From a virus (lineage: Duplodnaviria; Caudoviricetes): a stretch of DNA of 27,443 nt. The stretch covers positions 1-27,443 of IMG/VR virus record IMGVR_UViG_3300034521_000267; one strand, 5' to 3'. The notes below the pieces were generated by a model, which did not search any database, was not told the origin of the DNA, and saw only the letters and a list, made by a program, of their open reading frames with translations. The translations under genes were made by a program, and so were the position numbers. Positions 8,221 to 15,728 of this stretch are shown one piece after another (within the stretch, counting starts at the first letter, position 1; the number at the start of each line of letters is the position of its first letter).

Positions 8221-9087
8221 TCAGATTGAACTCAGCCTGCAGATTGCGTTTGCCTGCTTGATCCTCAGGATACCTGCAGAGTACACACGACCGTAGAGAT
8301 CTCCTGTGTCAGGGTGCTTGGAGTCCACACCATGCTCGGTCCTGAAGTCAGATGTCAGGTAGAAGTCAACGTATGGTTCTCCAACTGCAGCAGTGGGTGC
8401 TATGAATCCCGTACCAGCTGTGAGGGCATTGCTGGAGAAGATACCTCCACCGTTGAGCATGTCAAGGATATCTTGCTTTTCCCTCAGACCGTTGGCGTTA
8501 CGGACAGACATGAGCTGCTGATACTGGGTGCTTGCCAGGCACAGGTTGAATGGCAGGCTGTCCACTGGGATGCCATCGTCATCCATGAGCTCATATGCAC
8601 CGGCGAGGGCTGTGGTTGCTTTCCCGAATGTAGCAAAGTCCTGGGTCGTGGAGTAGTCGTTTCCTGCGCCTTGGTAGAGGCCATTGATGTCATAGTTGGT
8701 GCCATCGTTGGTAACTCCCATGATGATTGCAGTGTCCTCTGCCTTTGCTGCCTTGTATGCGGCTGAGAGTGCAGATGCGGCATCGACATCAATATTCTTG
8801 GTCTGCCAGCTTTCATATATGCGTCTGTCAACGAGGTAGTCCTTCCAGTAGACTGGGACCTTGGAGTTCGTGAGAGCCACTTCGATCTTGTCGACATTTC
8901 CATCACGGAAGCCATATGATACCAGACCGTCACTGACGTCGGTGACCTTGCCCCAATCTACTGAGGTGATGCCGAAGCCCTTTGCCGGTGTGACATATAC
9001 GAGCTTTCTTCCTTTCAGGACGTTCCTAAGCGGGTCAACCAGCTTGGTGTCCATGTCTTTTGAGAATGCTGCGAGTGCGTTTGTCAT
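8221..9087 (-). CDS. Major capsid protein, HK97 fold, encapsulin (linocin M18)-like
   Basis: LRNVLKGRKLV...VPVYWKDYLVDRR...DAASALSAAYKAAKAEDTAIIMG resembles family 1 encapsulins. Follows the protease and decoration genes. ATG at 9087 lies 5 nt after GAGGTGA. Confidence 0.85.
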   Translation of the reverse strand: MTNALAAFSKDMDTKLVDPLRNVLKGRKLVYVTPAKGFGITSVDWGKVTDVSDGLVSYGFRDGNVDKIEVALTNSKVPVYWKDYLVDRRIYESWQTKNIDVDAASALSAAYKAAKAEDTAIIMGVTNDGTNYDINGLYQGAGNDYSTTQDFATFGKATTALAGAYELMDDDGIPVDSLPFNLCLASTQYQQLMSVRNANGLREKQDILDMLNGGGIFSSNALTAGTGFIAPTAAVGEPYVDFYLTSDFRTEHGVDSKHPDTGDLYGRVYSAGILRIKQANAICRLSSI

Positions 9088-9097
9088 ATTTTTCACC

Positions 9098-9628
9098 TCA
9101 GATGAGACTCCTTACGACGATGTCAGCAGCTGCACTTGAAGCATCCACTGACTGTTCTGCGATTGCCACGATGACGCCCTGTGTACCGAGTGAACCGGTG
9201 ATTATGGGGCCATTTGCTGCACTGGATGTCACTTGCGTTGCACCAGTTGCCACTGACAGTGCAGTTGCTGCTATGAGTTCACCGTTTGCAGCTCCAACGA
9301 GTGGCGTGCCTTTGGTCACGTTCTGACCGGATGCCAGCCTGCCTACAACGAAGAAACCGCCGCCGTTCAGGACAGGTGCCATATCGTTCTGGGCATAGAT
9401 TGTGTCGACATCAGCTGGCATGAATACCGGGTTTGCCTGCTCGTATCCGAGCCAGCCTATTGCTGCGCCTCCTGCGGTGTTGACGACAATATCACCATCG
9501 TTTGTGCCCTTCTTGACGAGCCTGCCCGGATACATGTTGGTCGCATTCTCAACCTTCAGTTCCTGGACCAGAGGATTTCCGCCTGCCACAATTTTATTAT
9601 TGGGTTTTACAACGCCTGAGTATGCCAT
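9098..9628 (-). CDS. Capsid decoration/cement protein
   Basis: 176 aa, Gly/Ala/Val-rich, between protease-scaffold and capsid genes. Confidence 0.65.
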   Translation of the reverse strand: MAYSGVVKPNNKIVAGGNPLVQELKVENATNMYPGRLVKKGTNDGDIVVNTAGGAAIGWLGYEQANPVFMPADVDTIYAQNDMAPVLNGGGFFVVGRLASGQNVTKGTPLVGAANGELIAATALSVATGATQVTSSAANGPIITGSLGTQGVIVAIAEQSVDASSAAADIVVRSLI

Positions 9629-9629
9629 T

Positions 9630-10547
9630 TCAGATCACCCATTCTTTCTTGGTTGGATCCCATCTTCCGACTGTTCCGGAGCCAGGGTTGCTTGGATACG
9701 TTACATGAGATCCAGCTGAGAGCTTGATCTTGCTGAATTCATCAGCCATCTTCTCGACATCTGCGGCAGTAAGTGTCTGATAGTCCTCTGCTTTTGTTTC
9801 GAGGCCGAGGTCCTTCCTGGCTGCTACGAGTTTCTCAAAGGCTGCGGTCTTTGCAGTTTCTGCTTTATACTTCTCAATCTCAGCAGCCGCGATCTTCTGG
9901 CCTTCGGATGCCACAAGTTTCTGAACCTCTTCGACAGGCATTCTCTTGGATACTTCTCCTTCGAGGGACGCAACCATCTGTTTGAGGCCGTCTATCTCTT
10001 TCTGCTTGAGAGCGAGCTGCTCTGCAAGCTCGGTGGATGTTTCCCCACCGGCTGGTGTTTCAAGTGCTTCAGTCATGATATCATCTACCGCTTGTATTGA
10101 AAAAACGTTAAGTGAGTGAATCCCCAGTGATTCACCGTCAGCTGCAACAACTTCCCAACTGGCATTCCCCCAAGCGGGGTTTGTGACCAGTGTGAGAGAA
10201 CGGGCATTAATGCCGCTCACCCATCCATCTTTTAGAGATGATGCTTTGGAGTAGACACTCCATTTCTTGGGCCATGTGCCTTCCTGGATCTTCTGTGATG
10301 CTACAGAATCAGTGATATCCGCACGAGCTTTGATCTCCTGACCTTCCTTCCAAGCATCGAGGACTCTGCCAATCTCAGCTTTAGGATCTTCAGAATAGTC
10401 GCACCCATGTGGGGAATCACGGGGGCATACCCTTATCACAGCGTTTTTGAGAGAGGAGATAGCGTTATCTGCTTCTGAGGCGGGTACGCCCCAGCCGTTT
10501 TTGTTGAGTTTGTCTAATGGAAAGGCTACGCCCTCAATAATTACCAT
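9630..10547 (-). CDS. Prohead protease fused to scaffold-like coiled coil
   Basis: IEGVAFPLDKLNKNGW...H...IGRV...WSV...LTLVTNPAW (HK97/U35-like protease signature) with a charged helical C-terminal half. Confidence 0.8.
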   Translation of the reverse strand: MVIIEGVAFPLDKLNKNGWGVPASEADNAISSLKNAVIRVCPRDSPHGCDYSEDPKAEIGRVLDAWKEGQEIKARADITDSVASQKIQEGTWPKKWSVYSKASSLKDGWVSGINARSLTLVTNPAWGNASWEVVAADGESLGIHSLNVFSIQAVDDIMTEALETPAGGETSTELAEQLALKQKEIDGLKQMVASLEGEVSKRMPVEEVQKLVASEGQKIAAAEIEKYKAETAKTAAFEKLVAARKDLGLETKAEDYQTLTAADVEKMADEFSKIKLSAGSHVTYPSNPGSGTVGRWDPTKKEWVI

Positions 10548-10560
10548 TAGATAATGTTGA

Positions 10561-10596
10561 GTGTATACTACTAGTATAAAAACTTTATATGGAAAA
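10561..10596 (-). promoter_or_regulatory. Late promoter copy 1 (TATA plus palindrome TATACTA-C-TAGTATA)
   Basis: 35/36 identical to 13544-13579. TTTATA box on the - strand about 30 nt upstream of the protease ATG, implying a near-leaderless transcript. Confidence 0.8.
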
Positions 10597-10616
10597 ATTG
10601 CAGAATGATAGACAAT

Positions 10617-11873
10617 TCAATCTCTCCTTAGAATGAAATTTCCGTTTCTTTCTTTCACTACCCATTCGCTGATCTGCTTCTTGTTTCTCTTTGCTGCATT
10701 CTTAATATCTTCCTTCACATATCTGGATATTTTCATGATCTGGGACCACTCAATATACAACTGTTCCCCGCTGTCTAATTTGATATACCCGCCTGTTTCG
10801 GAATTGCCCTTAATATCCACAATGTTAATTATTTTGTTTTGGTAGGGTTTAAGAGCCCCGTTTGACAACTGTTGCCGTGTTTCGAATGGTATTTCTATTG
10901 TTGGTGCTTTGTTGTCGATTGAATCAAACACCTCCTGCATACTAGTGATAGGGTTGCCTTTCACATCAACTAAGCCCGTTCCTTTCTTTGTGGGTGCTAG
11001 TTTCAGTATTATATCCAAATCCGGCCCGCTAACACCAACACTCACACCCTTCTCAAGCATGATCCTGGCGGCCAGGTCCTGGTCGATGACATATTGAGAG
11101 ATCCTGTACTTCTCGTTGAACTTCTCGATGTTTCCAAAAGCCTTTGCGATATCTTCGGGATCATCCAAGGTGCCGGAGAAATCACGATTCTCAAAGAGCT
11201 TGTTTTCATCAATTGTTCGAGTAATCGGTATCGGCCGGAGACCAGATCGGCAGCGGTGGTGCAACGGAGGACGATATCTATCAACACTGTCCTTAGAAAG
11301 GTCAAATATCGTGCCATCGAGACATCTGCACTGGTCGGTTGTCCTGTCATCCAACTCCGCATCGAACTCCATGTACTCAACGCCATACTGCCTGTAGCGG
11401 TGTACGGTGGTAGCGGTGGCAACATCTGCTGTGAATGTCTGAGCGAACGCGACTGCTTTGTACCGCTGGCCATCCCAGAGGTCATCGATCCTCTTGGCCA
11501 GTTCGTACGGGTGCTTGTAGTATATTGCATCGTCCTTGAGCATCCTAACTATTGCTTCAGATGCTTTGTCGGATATCTCCCCGGATATCCTGACAGCCTC
11601 TTCGGTCAGGATATGGGACTCTTTGACCGTTGCAGCTGACAGCTTCTTCATCTGGCCATCTGCATACAGAAGTGACTGCCTGATTATCTCGGTGATAATC
11701 TTGTCCAGCTGCAAGGCGAAAGTGCTCGAACCGAACCACTGCCTGACATTCCAGGGCAGTTCTCTTTCAAAATCAAGTGTCCTTGTCTTCGCTGCTTTCT
11801 CAAAAGTCCTGTCAAATAGAGCAATGAGCCTGCTTTCTGCTTGCAGTATCGGACGAGATCTCAGCAGTGTCAT
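10617..11873 (-). CDS. Head morphogenesis protein (SPP1 gp7/MuF family) with C-terminal extension
   Basis: DDRTTDQCRCLDG...PPLHHRCRS signature. Likely start ATG at 11873. Confidence 0.9.
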   Translation of the reverse strand: MTLLRSRPILQAESRLIALFDRTFEKAAKTRTLDFERELPWNVRQWFGSSTFALQLDKIITEIIRQSLLYADGQMKKLSAATVKESHILTEEAVRISGEISDKASEAIVRMLKDDAIYYKHPYELAKRIDDLWDGQRYKAVAFAQTFTADVATATTVHRYRQYGVEYMEFDAELDDRTTDQCRCLDGTIFDLSKDSVDRYRPPLHHRCRSGLRPIPITRTIDENKLFENRDFSGTLDDPEDIAKAFGNIEKFNEKYRISQYVIDQDLAARIMLEKGVSVGVSGPDLDIILKLAPTKKGTGLVDVKGNPITSMQEVFDSIDNKAPTIEIPFETRQQLSNGALKPYQNKIINIVDIKGNSETGGYIKLDSGEQLYIEWSQIMKISRYVKEDIKNAAKRNKKQISEWVVKERNGNFILRRD

Positions 11874-11874
11874 A

Positions 11875-11952
11875 TTAAGGGAAGTAGACTGCAAGAATAC
11901 CCATAATAACGATCCAAGCAACGCCTATCATAAGGGGGACGTGGGGTTTCAT
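11875..11952 (-). CDS. 25-aa single-pass membrane peptide (MKPHVPLMIGVAWIVIMGILAVYFP)
   Basis: ATGA overlap with the portal stop. TAA lies 1 nt before the MuF ATG, so it fills the gap exactly. Confidence 0.6.
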   Translation of the reverse strand: MKPHVPLMIGVAWIVIMGILAVYFP

Positions 11953-13184
11953 TTCTTACCCTCTACAGGAAATCCTCCCCACTCCAGCAGCTGCTCTTTT
12001 GACAGTACACCTGTATTGAACCACTCGAGGACATCCCTTGACTCCATCTTAGGCTTGCTGAGCTCGTCAAACTCGACCCAGACACTGCCCTCTGGTTTTC
12101 CAAGTAGCTTCAGCCTTTTTTCGACTACCTGCTGCACAATGTTCCGGACAACCTTCTGCAGGCCTTCCAAGGCAACCATGCGGTCTTCTTCGGATACATA
12201 GCCAGCTGCATAGGTCGAGCCTTTGGTGTCACCCATCGACAATGGCGTTTGGAAAAGGCCTATCTGGATATCCGTTTCAAGTGATTTTTTGAAGGCCATC
12301 ACATCAAGAGATCCATTGGCATCGATCGGGACAACGCTCATCCCTGCGCCAACAATGTCCTCGTTGGCTTTCAGGTTCTTGTGCTCCTCAAGCCAGGCAT
12401 CGATTGCTTTCTGAGCATCCTCTATAGTAATGATCTCCTGTTCCACGAGCTTCTCAAGCAGTGCAAAATTGAAGACATAGCGTCCATTGCCGTATTTCTG
12501 CACGAATGAAACATATCCATGGTTGATGTTCAGCAGGTTCCGGATGGAAAGCTCTATGGGATCCAGGAGCGACGTGCCATATATACCATAAGTATCCCGG
12601 CCCAGTATGTCCCTCTGTACACCGTCCCATGCGTTGAGGGTGCCATACACGACATCTTCTGGTTTGAGAATAGCACGCTTAGCTGCATCGGATTCATTGA
12701 CTATGATCATGGTGACAGGTGGCGTGATAATATCCTTGGTGCTGCTTTTGCCGAGCTGATCATCAGATGTGATAAGCGTGACTGCCGGCATTAGCAAGGG
12801 CACTAGCCGGAATATGGGAGCATCTCCTGATGTCTGGGCCAGGTACACACCATCCCTGCAGAGCAGTCTGGCCAGTGTCTGGACCTGCTCAAGGAAATTG
12901 ACTTTCATGCTCCATGTTTCAAACTCTTCAACGTCTGCAGCTGAGTTGCCATCAAAGCGCATTCCCTTGGTCAAGGACAGGCCCAGTTTGATAAGGCTGG
13001 TAGATACATGAGGAGAAGCAACGGCCAGTTCCTGGTAATACCTGAACCTGTTGCTGGTATCAAAGTTCAGGTATCCTCCAAATGAGGTAGAGGTATCCGC
13101 CCGGGTAACCCCGGTTGATGCCGCCAGAGTTAGAGCCTTTTTTGGCTCTGCCTGGGCTGCGTTGAGCTCCATATATGGCCTCAT
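11949..13184 (-). CDS. Portal protein
   Basis: 411 aa between terminase and MuF genes, with YGTSLLDPI and IQIGLFQTPLSMG...STYA motifs. Confidence 0.85.
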   Translation of the reverse strand: MRPYMELNAAQAEPKKALTLAASTGVTRADTSTSFGGYLNFDTSNRFRYYQELAVASPHVSTSLIKLGLSLTKGMRFDGNSAADVEEFETWSMKVNFLEQVQTLARLLCRDGVYLAQTSGDAPIFRLVPLLMPAVTLITSDDQLGKSSTKDIITPPVTMIIVNESDAAKRAILKPEDVVYGTLNAWDGVQRDILGRDTYGIYGTSLLDPIELSIRNLLNINHGYVSFVQKYGNGRYVFNFALLEKLVEQEIITIEDAQKAIDAWLEEHKNLKANEDIVGAGMSVVPIDANGSLDVMAFKKSLETDIQIGLFQTPLSMGDTKGSTYAAGYVSEEDRMVALEGLQKVVRNIVQQVVEKRLKLLGKPEGSVWVEFDELSKPKMESRDVLEWFNTGVLSKEQLLEWGGFPVEGKK

Positions 13185-13381
13185 AGGTGCTTCTTGATTA
13201 GTTCGCGAACTTCGGCTACCGTGATCTTACCGTCACCCATGGCTGCTAATGCATCATCGATAGCTTCTTTCTTTTCATCAATGGTTTTGTTCTTCCACCA
13301 AAGCTTTGCATGGATGACTATACCTGTGCCTACCCCTATCAGTAGTGTTCCAGCATGTGTGAGAAACGCGGTGTCTGTCAT
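13181..13381 (-). CDS. Small membrane protein (holin-like)
   Basis: AGGAGA SD before ATG 13381. One N-terminal TM helix followed by a charged tail. Confidence 0.6.
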   Translation of the reverse strand: MTDTAFLTHAGTLLIGVGTGIVIHAKLWWKNKTIDEKKEAIDDALAAMGDGKITVAEVRELIKKHL

Positions 13382-13543
13382 GATTATTTCTCCTTTGACA
13401 CATGTTCGCCGCACCACTCGTCATAAGGGACTACAGGAAAACCAACTTTCGCAACCGGTGCACTACGTCTGCAGTGACCAAATGTGACAGCCAGGGGCTT
13501 GAAAAAAGTGCATGTCGAACACGTGTCGTTCATGCGTGTAGGG

Positions 13544-13579
13544 GTGTATACTACTAGTATAAAAAGTTTATATGGAAAA
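13544..13579. promoter_or_regulatory. Late promoter copy 2, potentially bidirectional
   Basis: GTGTATACTACTAGTATAAAAAGTTTATATGGAAAA has TATA-like boxes on both strands. The - strand faces the portal operon and the + strand faces the mini-CRISPR. Confidence 0.8.
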
Positions 13580-13597
13580 CAATCGACGCAACATTAT

Positions 13598-13827
13598 CAC
13601 GCTGAAGTAAGAAGACCACCGTTTTTAAACGGTGGATGAAGTATCTAATGCAAAAATCATATTCAAAAGCAAGATCCACTAAAACAAGGATTGAAACTCA
13701 GAAGCTCAGGACAGTTCGTGTAGTTCTGAAGTGATTCAAAAGCAAGATCCACTAAAACAAGGATTGAAACGTCGTTGGATTCGATGATGAAGCAGGAAGC
13801 CACCATATGAATAGGGTGGTAGTTCAC
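13598..13827 (+). mobile_element. Non-autonomous IS200/IS605-like element (no tnpA/tnpB) carrying a mini-CRISPR
   Basis: Left-end hairpin CCACCGTTT-TT-AAACGGTGG (13616-13635) followed by ATGAA. Right end GAAGCAGGAAG-CCACC...GGTGG-TAGTTCAC ends in TCAC. Left boundary uncertain (after TTAT 13597 or TCAC 13600). Confidence 0.7.
13661..13770 (+). CRISPR. Mini-CRISPR array: two identical 37-nt repeats and one 36-nt spacer
   Basis: ATTCAAAAGCAAGATCCACTAAAACAAGGATTGAAAC at 13661-13697 and 13734-13770. Spacer TCAGAAGCTCAGGACAGTTCGTGTAGTTCTGAAGTG. The repeat ends in ATTGAAAC and resembles Methanosarcina repeats. Confidence 0.93.
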
Positions 13828-14033
13828 ACATCCCTCTCTTTTTGTTTCTCCATGATCTTAGTTGCAATTTCCTCTGCAAGTACATCACTCTTATGCTTGA
13901 TGCTTTCGTTATCCGAATAATACTTTGCAAGGTAATCAATGGCTCTGCTCTTGCTGCAGCTCTGCTCTTTCATGACACGGTGCACTATTGAAAGTGTTTC
14001 CCCGCTGAGGGTAAGGCATTGTTTTGATCTCAT
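13824..14033 (-). CDS. Small ribbon-helix-helix-like DNA-binding protein
   Basis: QCLTLSGETLSIVHRVMKEQSCSKSRAIDYL fits a beta-helix-helix pattern. Confidence 0.6.
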   Translation of the reverse strand: MRSKQCLTLSGETLSIVHRVMKEQSCSKSRAIDYLAKYYSDNESIKHKSDVLAEEIATKIMEKQKERDV

Positions 14034-14035
14034 GA

Positions 14036-15361
14036 CTACCTCGCTTTGGTTCTGATAAGTTTTGATAAGTCCATTTTCTGCGGTCCAAACTTTGATTTAC
14101 TGAGCTCCGATATGGCCCATACAAGAGCATCCACCCTATCCGGACTCTTGCATTCACCGGGCACCCACTCACACATTTGATCCTCAAGTGCAGGGAAAGA
14201 CCCGACGTGATGACATTTCCCTTGTTCATACAGAGCGCTGATAGGTTCAGCCCTGACCTGTTTCCCTCTGCTGGCCCGGACAGACCTGTAAGATACTAGA
14301 GGGTCAATTGTCCGAAGAGTATACTCCACCAGCTCGCCGCCGTTATTGACCTCACCAATGACACTGTCAGCAGAATGCTTGTAATAGGCAGCAATGACTT
14401 CTTGGGCCCATTTCTTCGGAGTTGTATGGGTCGTATAATCGCCCAGGACATAGTAGTGTTGCTTCTCATCCATTCCAGCGACAACGATCCCTGTATCGTC
14501 TGCGGATGATGAGGATGTGACTGCAGGATCCACTCCCACGACTATCCTGACCAGCTCTGGAGTTTTCGTTACCCTGTTATCCTCGATCACATCTCTGGTC
14601 CAGAGGGCTTCCGGATTGTCGTCAAGGATCTCTGCGTTGAGCTCCTGTCTCCCCAATCGGGTTCCTTCGTATCTACTGATGATCACGTCGATGAAAGCTG
14701 GTGCCAGGTTGGACAGGTTCTCGTAGGTGGACCCTTTGGTCACATGAGTGCTGGAATCGTTCAGGATGTTCTTGACAAGTGGAATGGGTCTTGGGGTTGT
14801 GGTGACGGCCACCCTCGGATCATCTCCAAGTCTCAGGCCAAACTGCAGCATGTCCCAGGTTTTTTCTGGATACTTCCAGGCAGCTATCTCATCACACCAT
14901 GCAGTGTCACATTGAGGACCTCTCAGTCTGTCCGGCTCTTCTGCAGAGAACAGAAGGGCCATTGCACCGCTTGGCCATGTCAACCTTCTCTTTGATGGCT
15001 CATAGACAGGCTCATTCCAAGGAGGACATACTGAAAGGATCCCGGAATCTCCCTCTACCATAGTATCCCTGGCATCTGCAGATGTTGGAGCTACAAGGTG
15101 AATACGTCTGGCTTTACCGGACTCTACTCTTTCCCGGATCCATTCAGACCCCACTCGAGTTTTTCCCCATCCTCTGCCCGCACATACTAACCAGTATCGC
15201 CAGTTGCCTTCCGGAGCTAGTTGGTTAGGCCTGGCCCAGAACTTCCAGTCATACTCCAGCTGGAGGATCTCCTCATCCGTGAGCTCACTGAGGATTTTGT
15301 TCCTTTCCGATTCTGGCAGCGATGCTATTGATTCGGCTAGTGATGCGTTCTCTTGCTTCAG
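14036..15361 (-). CDS. terL: Terminase large subunit (441 aa from a CTG start)
   Basis: Walker A AGRGWGKT lies upstream of the annotated GTG (15154). Also LRGPQ..AWCDE (Walker B) and VGVDPA...SPDRVDALVWA nuclease motifs. The frame opens at GAGGTGA-ACATAT-CTG. Confidence 0.93.
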   Translation of the reverse strand: MKQENASLAESIASLPESERNKILSELTDEEILQLEYDWKFWARPNQLAPEGNWRYWLVCAGRGWGKTRVGSEWIRERVESGKARRIHLVAPTSADARDTMVEGDSGILSVCPPWNEPVYEPSKRRLTWPSGAMALLFSAEEPDRLRGPQCDTAWCDEIAAWKYPEKTWDMLQFGLRLGDDPRVAVTTTPRPIPLVKNILNDSSTHVTKGSTYENLSNLAPAFIDVIISRYEGTRLGRQELNAEILDDNPEALWTRDVIEDNRVTKTPELVRIVVGVDPAVTSSSSADDTGIVVAGMDEKQHYYVLGDYTTHTTPKKWAQEVIAAYYKHSADSVIGEVNNGGELVEYTLRTIDPLVSYRSVRASRGKQVRAEPISALYEQGKCHHVGSFPALEDQMCEWVPGECKSPDRVDALVWAISELSKSKFGPQKMDLSKLIRTKAR

Positions 15362-15728
15362 ATATGTTCACCTCTACGTTGTTGATTTGGATGTCAGTGC
15401 CTTGCTTGGTGTGACCTTGGATATCCGAGATGAACTTGAGATAGTCCAGCTCAGTAGTCTTATCCCCTGCAGCTCCCTTACTCTTCTCCTCCAATGTTTT
15501 GAGAGCCCTTTGCAGGATGCCGGCCTTTGTAGCTCGTTCATCCAGGAGGACAAGTTCGACGACCTTCTCTTTGAACTCCGGAGTATTGTTCCACACATTG
15601 ATGGTCTGCCGGGTGACTTGACATTCTTTTGCAATTTCGTCCTGTGTCATTGTACCCAGAGCCATTAATTTTGCAGCTTTGAGACGCTGGCCTGTCCAAT
15701 TCCATTTTGTCAGCTTTTGTCCGGACAT
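15285..15728 (-). CDS. terS: Terminase small subunit (N-terminal HTH)
   Basis: TQDEIAKECQVTRQTINVW HTH; directly upstream of and overlapping terL. Confidence 0.8.
   Translation of the reverse strand: MSGQKLTKWNWTGQRLKAAKLMALGTMTQDEIAKECQVTRQTINVWNNTPEFKEKVVELVLLDERATKAGILQRALKTLEEKSKGAAGDKTTELDYLKFISDIQGHTKQGTDIQINNVEVNISEARERITSRINSIAARIGKEQNPQ

Noticed and set aside
8221-9087. Cellular encapsulin nanocompartment operon
   Set aside because: No cargo enzyme is adjacent, and the gene occupies the capsid position in a complete virion module.
13736-13939. ORF running into the CRISPR repeat
   Set aside because: Overlaps the better-supported RHH-like gene in another frame and crosses the repeat and IS end.
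7783-14038. Pyrrolysine read-through at the TAG stops of ORF 7783..7998 and terL
   Set aside because: Read-through adds only a short out-of-frame tail, or meets TGA two codons later. No conserved gene is interrupted by an in-frame TAG.
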